From assembly GCF_055900595.2 (NCBI RefSeq), contig NZ_CM148325.1: DNA of 64,000 bases; one strand, given 5' to 3'. Each line of letters opens with the position of its first letter. The first letter of the stretch is position 1. The notes beneath the pieces were generated by a model. That model was given only the letters and a program-made list of their open reading frames with translations, was not told where the DNA came from and ran no database searches. Below, one piece after another: positions 12,806 through 20,724 of the stretch. The translations under genes and the position numbers were made by a program.

Positions 12806-13135
12806 ATGGAAACTACCAAGCCTTCATTCCAGGACGTACTGGAATTTGTTCGTCTGTTCCGTCGTAAGAACAAACTGCAACGTGAAATTCAGGACGTTGA
12901 GAAAAAGATCCGTGACAACCAGAAGCGCGTCCTGTTGCTGGACAACCTGAGCGATTACATCAAGCCAGGGATGAGCGTTGAAGCAATCCAGGGCATCATC
13001 GCCAGCATGAAAGGTGACTATGAAGATCGCGTTGACGATTACATCATCAAAAATGCCGAGCTCTCCAAAGAACGCCGCGATATCTCCAAAAAGCTGAAAG
13101 CTATGGGCGAAATGAAAAACGGCGAAGCGAAGTAA
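12806..13135 (+). CDS. yeeX: YeeX (UPF0265/DUF496) protein
   Basis: Translation [55 protein letters not shown]... (109 aa); ORF-track start at 12740 is an extension. Confidence 0.9.
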   Translation: METTKPSFQDVLEFVRLFRRKNKLQREIQDVEKKIRDNQKRVLLLDNLSDYIKPGMSVEAIQGIIASMKGDYEDRVDDYIIKNAELSKERRDISKKLKAMGEMKNGEAK

Positions 13136-13148
13136 TTCCCGTTTTATT

Positions 13149-13177
13149 CAATGAGGGTTGCTCGGCAACCCTCATTG
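13149..13177 (+). terminator. Hairpin after yeeX
   Basis: CAATGAGGGTTGC-TCG-GCAACCCTCATTG perfect 13-bp stem. Confidence 0.6.
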
Positions 13178-13235
13178 CTCATTGATTCTTATCTGTGTAT
13201 CACCGTCATCATTCTCATCTGAGAACCAATCGAAA

Positions 13236-13440
13236 TTAACAACAGCCTTCTTCTGTATGCAGCAAGGCAAAAAGTTCTGTAACTCCATTGTTATTAACTG
13301 CACTGGTTACTAACACGTTGTGCGCTCCAGCTTCCCGTAACCAACTTTTCACCAAAGATATTTGTTCCATGCTGGCTAAATCTGCTTTGGTTACTACTCC
13401 AATGACCGGGTGATTCATGGCCCGGTAGGGCGTTTTTACC
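13236..13440 (-). pseudogene. C-terminal remnant of a small GTPase (EutP/PduV-like), truncated upstream by the IS66 remnant
   Basis: Minus-strand tail ...NHPVIGVVTKADLASMEQISLVKSWLREAGAHNVLVTSAVNNNGVTELFALLH; no P-loop region remains. Confidence 0.4.
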
Positions 13441-13484
13441 TCTAATTCCTGCTTCAGCGCTGAGATTCCTGCTTGTTGCCGGAA

Positions 13485-13649
13485 AAGCAGGCACCTGCCG
13501 TCTGAACGGTATCGATCCGGAAGCGTATCTGCGCCATATTCTGAGCATACTGCCGGAATGGCCCTCCAACCGTGTTGACGAACTCCTGCCATGGAACGTA
13601 GTTCTCACCAATAAATAAGCGTCAATACGGTGCTCCGTTGACGCTTACT
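13485..13649 (+). mobile_element. IS66-family remnant: 3' end of tnpC plus terminal inverted repeat
   Basis: Plus frame AGTCRLNGIDPEAYLRHILSILPEWPSNRVDELLPWNVVLTNK* parallels the C-terminus of the intact IS66 TnpC at 24160-25731; ends in ...CGCTTAC, the complement of the GTAAGCG IR. Confidence 0.7.
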
Positions 13650-13846
13650 TTAATCCGTTTTCTGAGCTTAGATTTTTCTGTTCCTACCCAGACCGTGGAT
13701 TTGGAATTCATTTTTTGTCAGGTCAATGCTAATCGTTAAAACGGCCATAACGCACCTCCACTGGAAGGTTTATCAGTAATATCCTACCGTTGCTTCATGG
13801 TCGGGGCGTCCATTCCATTATTATCGGTTTTCCTTTCTGTTTATAA

Positions 13847-13878
13847 ATGAAAACGCCAGCTGTATTCAGGCTGGCGTC
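13847..13878 (-). terminator. Rho-independent terminator downstream of yeeW
   Basis: Minus strand GCCAGCCTGAATACAGCTGGC followed by GTTTTCATTT. Confidence 0.5.
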
Positions 13879-14032
13879 AGGGGAAATGAAGCCTGTTGAG
13901 TGAGATTCACCGCTTCTGGTGCAGAAGCTGCAGATGGCGCAGGGTAAGGACATCTTCTCTTGCCTGCTTAATACAGGACAACAGTGCTGTTTCTGTGGTT
14001 AATGGCACTATACCCTGCATCACTGCATTGTC

Positions 14033-14227
14033 TTACAGCAACTGGTGAGGGCTGGCATAAGTTGCCGGTGTTTCGGTAGAGTCACGGTCATCCACCACGC
14101 GGAGTGAATAACCTTTTTCAGCGGCCTTATTAATCAGTTCAGTGATATTAACACCATCAATGTCAACGACAATGTGCCCCATATCCAGCGCCTGTACGTT
14201 AACGCTGTCGGCTTCCAGTGTCATCAT
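14033..14227 (-). CDS. yeeW: CP4-44-type prophage protein YeeW
   Basis: 64-aa ORF MMTLEADSVNVQALDMGHIVVDIDGVNITELINKAAEKGYSLRVVDD...; its start overlaps the cbtA stop. Confidence 0.8.
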   Translation of the reverse strand: MMTLEADSVNVQALDMGHIVVDIDGVNITELINKAAEKGYSLRVVDDRDSTETPATYASPHQLL

Positions 14228-14597
14228 TTCGCCTCCGGATACTTACCCAGGGTAATGTTATTTACCGTTCTGTAATTGTCGCGGGTCATCAGGCCGGTCG
14301 CCCTGCGAGCCCGGAGGATATCGATGCTGTTTATTAACTGAGAGCGGGTACAGGCGCTGAATCCCGGCTGGTCGGTAGCACCAGCGCGTATTTTTCCACG
14401 AGAAAGTTCACCGCATCACACAGTGAAATGCCTGCCTCAATATGCTGCTCAATCACACGTTCATCGGCAAAAGGTGTGTCATTCAGTGTGAGGCCATAGT
14501 GCTGGTCCAGCAGTCGGGACAGCAGTATCTGCCAGATTTCAACAGGAGACGGGCGAGAACTGGTCGCCTGCCCGGGTAATACAGGTAATGTTTTCAT
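14224..14597 (-). pseudogene. cbtA: Type IV toxin CbtA (YeeV), frameshifted
   Basis: N-terminus [36 protein letters not shown]... intact to ...VEKYALV, then frame is lost near 14395; the C-terminus ...NSIDILRARRATGLMTRDNYRTVNNITLGKYPEAK reads in an adjacent frame. Confidence 0.8.
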
Positions 14598-14685
14598 ACT
14601 GAAGATTTTCCTGATATGCAGATATAAAAATGGAAAAGTGGCGTGGTGAAAACACCAGGCCGTAGCAGAAGGCTATTCTGGAGAG

Positions 14686-15054
14686 TTAATTTTTCATTTC
14701 GGGCGTCGGATAAACAGCCAGATAAACGTAACCACAACTGCTGAGGGTATCGGCTTTGCAGGTCAGCCCTTTTGCATACAGCGTGACGGTATGCTGATGG
14801 CGGGGATTCAGTTCACCGCTGGTGAGCATGAGTTCCAGTTGTTTCATCAGCAGCGGAAAGGCCTGGTCCAGGTGGTACGCATCTGCATCGCTGAACAGGC
14901 CTCTGATACCGGCGCGGTCGGCAAGGTAATGCAACCGGTTACCCTCCTGCACCAGACGTGCCCCGAAACAGGGCGTCACGGTGCAGGGCAGCCCCCACCA
15001 GGGGCGGTCGTGATTGTCGTCGGGAAGTGTTGTCCCGGGGAGTGTGTCTGACAC
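14686..15054 (-). CDS. cbeA: Antitoxin CbeA (YeeU)
   Basis: 122-aa ORF MSDTLPGTTLPDDNHDRPWWGLPCTVTPCFGARLVQEGNRLHYLADRAGI... Confidence 0.9.
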   Translation of the reverse strand: MSDTLPGTTLPDDNHDRPWWGLPCTVTPCFGARLVQEGNRLHYLADRAGIRGLFSDADAYHLDQAFPLLMKQLELMLTSGELNPRHQHTVTLYAKGLTCKADTLSSCGYVYLAVYPTPEMKN

Positions 15055-15127
15055 GATAAAATCCTTACAGAAAATCGGCTAAGAATGGTCCGGTAGTGGC
15101 GATAATTCTGCTCATCAGAATTCCCAC

Positions 15128-15349
15128 TCAGTTCAGGGTGACGCTCATCAGCCGGACATACGGACCAAAACTGTCCTTACGGCGTTCAGCAAACACGGCC
15201 AGCACACCGGGAATATCCTGCACTTCACGACCGGTATACGCTTCAGCACTGCCGTGCCAGCGGTATTTACCGGTACAGAACGGAAAAAGACGGGATGTCG
15301 GATGTTGTTGGTGAATACGCATGGCTTCACCACGGGTGATAATTTTCAT
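15128..15349 (-). CDS. yeeT: YeeT (DUF987) prophage protein
   Basis: 73-aa ORF MKIITRGEAMRIHQQHPTSRLFPFCTGKYRWHGSAEAYTGREVQDIPGVL... Confidence 0.85.
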   Translation of the reverse strand: MKIITRGEAMRIHQQHPTSRLFPFCTGKYRWHGSAEAYTGREVQDIPGVLAVFAERRKDSFGPYVRLMSVTLN

Positions 15350-15411
15350 AATGGGATACCTCTGAAGACAGAAGATAAAAGTGAAAACAGGTGTGATGTG
15401 GTTGTGAAGGG

Positions 15412-15903
15412 TTAAAGCAGACCATGTTCGGCAAAGGAGAAAACCTGGTTGCCACCGACTATCAGATGGTCCGGCACCCGGATATCCACCAGGCCCAGTG
15501 CCTGTACCAGACGTTCCGTGATAAGGCGGTCTGCCTTACTGGGTGTGACTTCACCGGAGGGGTGATTGTGTGCCAGCACCACGGCAGCGGCATTGTGGTA
15601 CAGGGCGCGTTTAATCACTTCCCGGGGATGGACTTCCGTGCGGTTGATGGTGCCGGTAAAGAGGGTTTCACCGGCAATCAGTTGATTCTGGTTATTCAGA
15701 TACAGCACCCGGAATTCTTCACGCTCCAGTCCCGCCATGTTCAGAATCAGCCATTCCCGTGCTGCACGGGTGGAGGTGAAGGCCACGCCGGGTTCATGAA
15801 GATGGCGGTCCAGGGTTTTCAGGGCCCGTTGAATGAGGCTGCGCTCGCCGGGCGTCATCTCTCCGGGCAGAAAGGAAAGTTGTTGCATTGTGCTTCTCTC
15901 CAT
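15412..15903 (-). CDS. yeeS: RadC-like JAB-domain protein YeeS
   Basis: JAMM motif HNHPSGEVTPSKADRLIT; exact start (15903 or a downstream Met) uncertain. Confidence 0.85.
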   Translation of the reverse strand: MERSTMQQLSFLPGEMTPGERSLIQRALKTLDRHLHEPGVAFTSTRAAREWLILNMAGLEREEFRVLYLNNQNQLIAGETLFTGTINRTEVHPREVIKRALYHNAAAVVLAHNHPSGEVTPSKADRLITERLVQALGLVDIRVPDHLIVGGNQVFSFAEHGLL

Positions 15904-16383
15904 TCAGTCGATGATGCGCATAATGGCGCTGCATTCCGGATGCTGCAGGGCGTAATCCCGCAACCGGTAATAATGGACCGTCATGGCATAATTCTCCGTA
16001 CGACAGGCATGATGACTGTACGTCATCAGACAGGCGGCAATACCGGCGGCTTCCGGGCTCATTTCTGCGCGGTTACCGTTCATGGCATTGAACAGTACCC
16101 ATGTTTCGTCATCATCGTCATCCGGTTCGGGTGCCATAAATGCCCCGCCGTTGTTCAGGGTGTACAGATTCCAGATACCACCGCAGTAGTCTTCGCACAG
16201 ACGGTCCATCCAGCCGAAGACACGGGGCTCCAGGGTCACCCACTGTGGAATGAGGCCAAAATGCTGCGGCCAGAAGCTGATGCGCTGTTCATCAGGGACG
16301 AGGCTGGCAACCAACTGAGGCGGATTATTCTCTGGTGTTGTAGCTGAATAAATTGTGGGGGTATTCTGAGAAACGGTTTTCAT
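15904..16383 (-). CDS. Antirestriction protein, KlcA/ArdB family (YfjX-like)
   Basis: 159-aa ORF ...NPPQLVASLVPDEQRISFWPQHFGLIPQWV...EPDDDDDETWVLFNAMNGNRAEMS... Confidence 0.85.
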   Translation of the reverse strand: MKTVSQNTPTIYSATTPENNPPQLVASLVPDEQRISFWPQHFGLIPQWVTLEPRVFGWMDRLCEDYCGGIWNLYTLNNGGAFMAPEPDDDDDETWVLFNAMNGNRAEMSPEAAGIAACLMTYSHHACRTENYAMTVHYYRLRDYALQHPECSAIMRIID

Positions 16384-16464
16384 GAGATAACTCTTTAAAT
16401 AACAAATAAATGTGTGTTTTTCAGGAACGAAAGCTGAATGATTCCCTCACTCAGGGAAACGGCA

Positions 16465-17286
16465 TCAGCGCAGGCTCTCCAGCATCGTTTCTGCCATCAC
16501 CCACAATGCGCGATTGAGCTTAATGTCGGTATCAATGCTGTGAATGGCCCGGGTATGGATACGTTTTCCTTTTGCACTGCGACCGGAAATCCCGCCTTTC
16601 AGCATATTCTCCTGGATGGTCTGATATGCGCTCCACAGGTCCTTACCGTAATCCTCCCGGCGTCGCGGCGTCAGAATGTCGGCGGTGGTGACGGGCTGAT
16701 GTTCGTCACCATAACGGTAAGTCAGTGCCGCCTGTGCCAGCGCCTGGCGTGCCGGTGGCGGCAGGACCAGAGACTGCATGGCATCACGCTTCTCCTCTAT
16801 CCGGTCAAACACGCCCACCACCTCGTAAGCCCCTTCGATAACTTTCTCCACTACATTTCCCCGGTGTGGAACACGCACTTCCCCCAGAGACTGGCCACAG
16901 ACGCACCCGTTCTGGCAGACGAACCTGAAGTAACCCGGCAGCATCTGGTAGCTGGAGGTACCGTCATGAGAGTTGAGCAGAATAATTTCAGGGACATGTT
17001 CTCCGTTTATCTCTCCGGCCCGCCGCAGACGCAGCATGTGTTTTGTGTATCCCCGGCGGCCCGGGTCGCGCACACGGGTCTGGCAGGCGAAGAACGGCTG
17101 AAAGCCTTCCCGCTGCAGATTTTCCAGGACGGTAATGGTGGGAATGTACGCATACCGTTCACTGCGGGAGGTGTGCCGGTCTTCCCCAAAAATACTGGGT
17201 ACATGGCGTATCAGTTCTTCATGTGTCAGCGGACGGTCACGGCGTATCTGGTTTGCAGCATAACCAAAACGACTTGCTAATCGCAT
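16465..17286 (-). CDS. YfjQ/YafZ-like island backbone protein (DUF932-type)
   Basis: 273-aa ORF MRLASRFGYAANQIRRDRPLTHEELIRHVPSIFGEDRHTSRSERYAYIPT...; same position relative to the antirestriction gene as yfjQ in CP4-57. Confidence 0.7.
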   Translation of the reverse strand: MRLASRFGYAANQIRRDRPLTHEELIRHVPSIFGEDRHTSRSERYAYIPTITVLENLQREGFQPFFACQTRVRDPGRRGYTKHMLRLRRAGEINGEHVPEIILLNSHDGTSSYQMLPGYFRFVCQNGCVCGQSLGEVRVPHRGNVVEKVIEGAYEVVGVFDRIEEKRDAMQSLVLPPPARQALAQAALTYRYGDEHQPVTTADILTPRRREDYGKDLWSAYQTIQENMLKGGISGRSAKGKRIHTRAIHSIDTDIKLNRALWVMAETMLESLR

Positions 17287-17506
17287 ACTTTGCTCCTTAT
17301 CGGTGGTTAAGATTTACTGGTGCAATAAATGAAAAAAGCCGCGTCTCCCGGAGAAGACGCGGCCTGACGGGTGAAATGAATAAGGTTTATTGTCTGAGAG
17401 GCCTTTCACTGGCGAGCCACGCATTAAGCGGCTTTCCGGTAACAATGGCTGGGGCTGTATTTACCTTTGATATTAATAATGTGCAGAGAAACGCATGGTT
17501 TACTCC

Positions 17507-17917
17507 TTAGATTTTAAGTTTGTCCTGGGCTACAACGACAGGTTTTCCGGATGTGTCGATGACTCCTACCGTCGGTACGCCATTTTTGATTTCGAAGAAC
17601 GGTTTGTTGCTACCTGAGCACAGTTGATTGTCCCCGTATTCAATCATTTGTGCTTTCCCGGTTTTCAGGTTAACTACCGAGACAGTGTAGTCGTAGCACC
17701 AGGCACCACCACGTTCAAGCACGAAAACATAGCTGTTATCTTTATAGTTGAACTGATTCTTTGTCTGGCAATTCATACCGTCAATTTCGGTACAGGAAAA
17801 CGCTTCTGTAGTATTAACGTATTTGATGTTATTTGGCAGTTTTACTTGTTTCGCAGTAGCGAAGACAGAGAACAGAATAGTTACAGCAACGAGTAAAGTT
17901 TTGATAAAAGTTTTCAT
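17507..17917 (-). CDS. Small secreted protein, unknown function (signal peptide, 4 Cys)
   Basis: 136-aa ORF MKTFIKTLLVAVTILFSVFATAKQ...; AT-rich relative to neighbours; plausible RBS. Confidence 0.6.
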   Translation of the reverse strand: MKTFIKTLLVAVTILFSVFATAKQVKLPNNIKYVNTTEAFSCTEIDGMNCQTKNQFNYKDNSYVFVLERGGAWCYDYTVSVVNLKTGKAQMIEYGDNQLCSGSNKPFFEIKNGVPTVGVIDTSGKPVVVAQDKLKI

Positions 17918-17932
17918 GATAGACTCCTTAAA

Positions 17933-18421
17933 TTAGTTAACCGCAGCTACGTAGTTTTTCACCAGATACGCGAATTCATGCACGCCAATTTCACCGAACC
18001 AAACCAGGTAGGCCGGGTCATCTAAACCAAAGTAACGGTAGCCAACAACTTCATGGGTTTTTGGGTTATAGAGTGTTACGATAAAGTCCCAGCCGCAGGT
18101 ATTGGCTTTGCAACCGTCGCCCTGGAACCAGACTGTACCGTTAATGTTTACTGGCGTGATACCTCCACCAGGGCCATCCATATAGCCGCCTTTACCGAAC
18201 ATGCCGCTCAGTCCGACCGGTTTTAATGCTTTGTCGATAGCGGCTTTGTAGGTAGCGTCACCTTCGTACAACTCGTACGTTGATGGACACGCTCCAGGTT
18301 GTTCAGCCCAGGCTTCCGGGTTACAACTAAGAGCTTGTTTTACGGTAGCCGCTTCTGCGTTAAAGTTAAAGCCCGTGAACAGAACCGCCAGAAATAACAT
18401 AAGGGTATGTAAACGTTTCAT
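17933..18421 (-). CDS. Secreted protein with an Ivy-like C-K-x3-C loop (possible periplasmic lysozyme-inhibitor-like protein)
   Basis: From internal Met: MKRLHTLMLFLAVLFTGFNFNAEA... with GDGCKANTCGWDFIV; ORF-track start at 18724 is an implausible 100-aa extension. Confidence 0.55.
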   Translation of the reverse strand: MKRLHTLMLFLAVLFTGFNFNAEAATVKQALSCNPEAWAEQPGACPSTYELYEGDATYKAAIDKALKPVGLSGMFGKGGYMDGPGGGITPVNINGTVWFQGDGCKANTCGWDFIVTLYNPKTHEVVGYRYFGLDDPAYLVWFGEIGVHEFAYLVKNYVAAVN

Positions 18422-18718
18422 TGTAAATATTCTTCCGTTGTAAATGGCGCTGGAAAATTTCTCATCAGTGAAACCTTCCGGAAGTTTCCCCCCCTTGTAT
18501 GATGTATATCGCCAGTATTTTATTTCATCCCGGCTGTAATTTTTATATTCCCCGGCACGTGCAATAACGCTGACCAGAGATATAAGGCTCATTAATAACT
18601 TTACAGGTAATTTCATAATTAAATTTCCAGTGAGTGAATTGACAGGTGAGGGGTAAAACTTTCTCTCAGGTAATATATATCTGAAAATATTTTCAATAAC
18701 ACCAGACAGGAAAAACAC

Positions 18719-18748
18719 CACCACAGGCGGTGGCGTTTCTTTGGGGCG
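18719..18748 (-). terminator. Rho-independent terminator downstream of the patatin gene
   Basis: Minus strand CGCCACCGCCTGTGGTGGTG followed by TTTTTCC, directly after the stop at 18752. Confidence 0.6.
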
Positions 18749-18751
18749 TCT

Positions 18752-19822
18752 TTATTTAATCCGGGCCATCGCGTTTCTCAGTGCCAAATCTGCCTCTTCC
18801 GTTATATCCAGGCTTTTCTGCAATACCGCCTCTGACCGGGTCAGTGCCTGACGTGCTGCCAGCGGTTTCCGGATATGCTCCATCGCCAGCATCGTGTCTT
18901 CATAGCCCTGCTGACGCCAGGCGTCGGTATGTGCCGATGTAAAACTGAGCAGACCGCCGCTGTTGCCACCATCACCTGCATATTTCAGCCTTTTCCGGGG
19001 ACGGATCTCAAGGATTGTGGTGTCCGGAAAAGCCTGGCGATCCCATAAAGAACCGTCACTCAGATGCGTCACAATCACCATATTGCATCCGGCATCGACC
19101 AGAGGTGTCACAGGGGTATTTCCCTGCATATTTCGCCATCCTCCCATACCACCATCACCGAACATTGTCCCCTGAACCTCACGGGGACGGAACAGCAGGG
19201 GCAGCGCGGCTGACGCAAGCAGAGCCTCTTTCTGCTGTCCGCGGGGCAGGCTCTGGATATGCTGAAAAACGGCGTTTTTCGTGGTTCCGACACCCAGTTC
19301 AGCACGAATGCAGTCAATAATATCCTGCATGCCCCCTTCTGTGGGGTACAGCGACACATACAGCGGTAGCCCGTCTGCCAGAGCATCAGTATCAAGATAA
19401 TGATCCATCAGCGCTGTCAGGGGTTCATCTGACAACAACGGCTGAGCCATCAGATTGTCAAACCCGTTGATTGTCGATATATGGCGAAGAAGCGTCGTAA
19501 GCAGTGCTCCTGCACGTCCGGGGATCTGGCAGAGGTTCATTGCCTGGAACAATTTTTTCAGCAATGAAAAGTAAACCAATCTGTTTACCGACAGCACCTG
19601 ATTATTCCCCAGATGATCCCAGAGCGCCTCCAGGCGTACGGCAGCTTCTGACAGATCGGGAGAGGCCACGATAATGGCACCATTGAATGCGCCAATGCTG
19701 GCCCCTGAAACCATGCTGATCTGTGTACCACACTCTGCCAGTGCCTTAACCACTCCCGCCTGATAAGCGCCCACCGCCCCGCCACCGGACAGCACCAGCC
19801 CCGTTTTCATTTCTGTACTCAT
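18752..19822 (-). CDS. Patatin-like phospholipase
   Basis: Oxyanion-hole LSGGGAVGAYQAG, nucleophile elbow GASIG (GxSxG) and catalytic DGG (FGDGGMGG); start overlaps upstream stop (ATGA). Confidence 0.85.
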   Translation of the reverse strand: MSTEMKTGLVLSGGGAVGAYQAGVVKALAECGTQISMVSGASIGAFNGAIIVASPDLSEAAVRLEALWDHLGNNQVLSVNRLVYFSLLKKLFQAMNLCQIPGRAGALLTTLLRHISTINGFDNLMAQPLLSDEPLTALMDHYLDTDALADGLPLYVSLYPTEGGMQDIIDCIRAELGVGTTKNAVFQHIQSLPRGQQKEALLASAALPLLFRPREVQGTMFGDGGMGGWRNMQGNTPVTPLVDAGCNMVIVTHLSDGSLWDRQAFPDTTILEIRPRKRLKYAGDGGNSGGLLSFTSAHTDAWRQQGYEDTMLAMEHIRKPLAARQALTRSEAVLQKSLDITEEADLALRNAMARIK

Positions 19823-20724
19823 GCAGCCCCCTTCTGAAATATTTCATCGACCATACTTTCAGAGAGGCGTTCTGCAGAGCAGAGGCGAGGCATGCGAACC
19901 GGTAAGTGTTCTGCAGCCTGCGTGGTTGACCAGATCACCGGATGCTGCTCTTCACTGCACCAGTCTCCCAGCCAGTTAATCGCGTCATGCCACTCGTTAT
20001 CTGCCTGCTCCCGGCCCTGACCACCAAGCCAGTCCAGAGTGTTCAGACGCACGGTTGCACTACCGCCACTCTCCTGTGCCATCTGCGTTAATGCTTTATG
20101 TCTGAGAATATCCAGTAGCTGGTTAACCTGGCCTGTTTCGCTCTGACGTATCACATCACCAAACGCGCCCCAGCGAAGCTCTTCAAGTGCCACATAACAA
20201 CGTCCGGCAGGGGAAAATGACGCATATCGCCCGGCGCTCCACCATGAGAATATCTGCTCAAGATGTAACTGCGCCCGCTGAACCTGGTCAACACGGTGGA
20301 GTTTTTCTTCAAGATGATTCAGTTTATGGTGAACCTGATCGGCCAGGGTGAGTAACTGCTCCCGCGTATCTGCGGAATAATGCGCCAGCCTGGCTGTATC
20401 ACTGACCAGTGAACTGACCCTGTCGTTTACCCGGGTAATCGCGTAGTTTGTGGTGGCAAGTGACGTTGTCATCTCCGTCAGCCAGCGCAGGGACGCCTCA
20501 ACGCCCTGTGCAAGCGACGCATTGATGGCATTCTGCCGTGCAGCGCCTTCGCCGGTCAGCCCCTCTTTTAAACGCCGGAAGAACGTGCGCTCTCCGGCCG
20601 TGCGGATATGCTCCTGTGCAACATCGATTCCGTTTGCGAAATCAACCACAAATTTTTCAGGAAGACAGGTGAGTACCTGACATACCCGGTTATCAGCAAT
20701 TTGTTGAATAAATGGTGAAGTCAC
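19819..20724 (-). CDS. Hypothetical 301-aa protein, translationally coupled between the dynamin-like and patatin genes
   Basis: ORF MTSPFIQQIADNRVCQVLTCLPEKF...; no motif recognised; 4-nt ATGA overlaps at both ends. Confidence 0.7.
   Translation of the reverse strand: MTSPFIQQIADNRVCQVLTCLPEKFVVDFANGIDVAQEHIRTAGERTFFRRLKEGLTGEGAARQNAINASLAQGVEASLRWLTEMTTSLATTNYAITRVNDRVSSLVSDTARLAHYSADTREQLLTLADQVHHKLNHLEEKLHRVDQVQRAQLHLEQIFSWWSAGRYASFSPAGRCYVALEELRWGAFGDVIRQSETGQVNQLLDILRHKALTQMAQESGGSATVRLNTLDWLGGQGREQADNEWHDAINWLGDWCSEEQHPVIWSTTQAAEHLPVRMPRLCSAERLSESMVDEIFQKGAA

Noticed and set aside
13294-13611. 105-aa minus-strand ORF overlapping the IS66 remnant
   Set aside because: The opposite strand encodes a recognisable TnpC C-terminus in this interval.
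15424-16347. 307-aa plus-strand ORF across the yeeS and antirestriction genes
   Set aside because: Antisense to two conserved backbone genes in GC-rich sequence; translation is low-complexity.
16438-17280. 280-aa plus-strand ORF opposite the YfjQ-like gene
   Set aside because: Shadow ORF; the minus-strand gene has the recognisable conserved sequence.
17933-18724. Full 263-aa reading of the ORF containing the Ivy-like protein
   Set aside because: Upstream 100 codons lack a signal peptide or RBS context; the internal Met at 18421 begins a canonical signal peptide.
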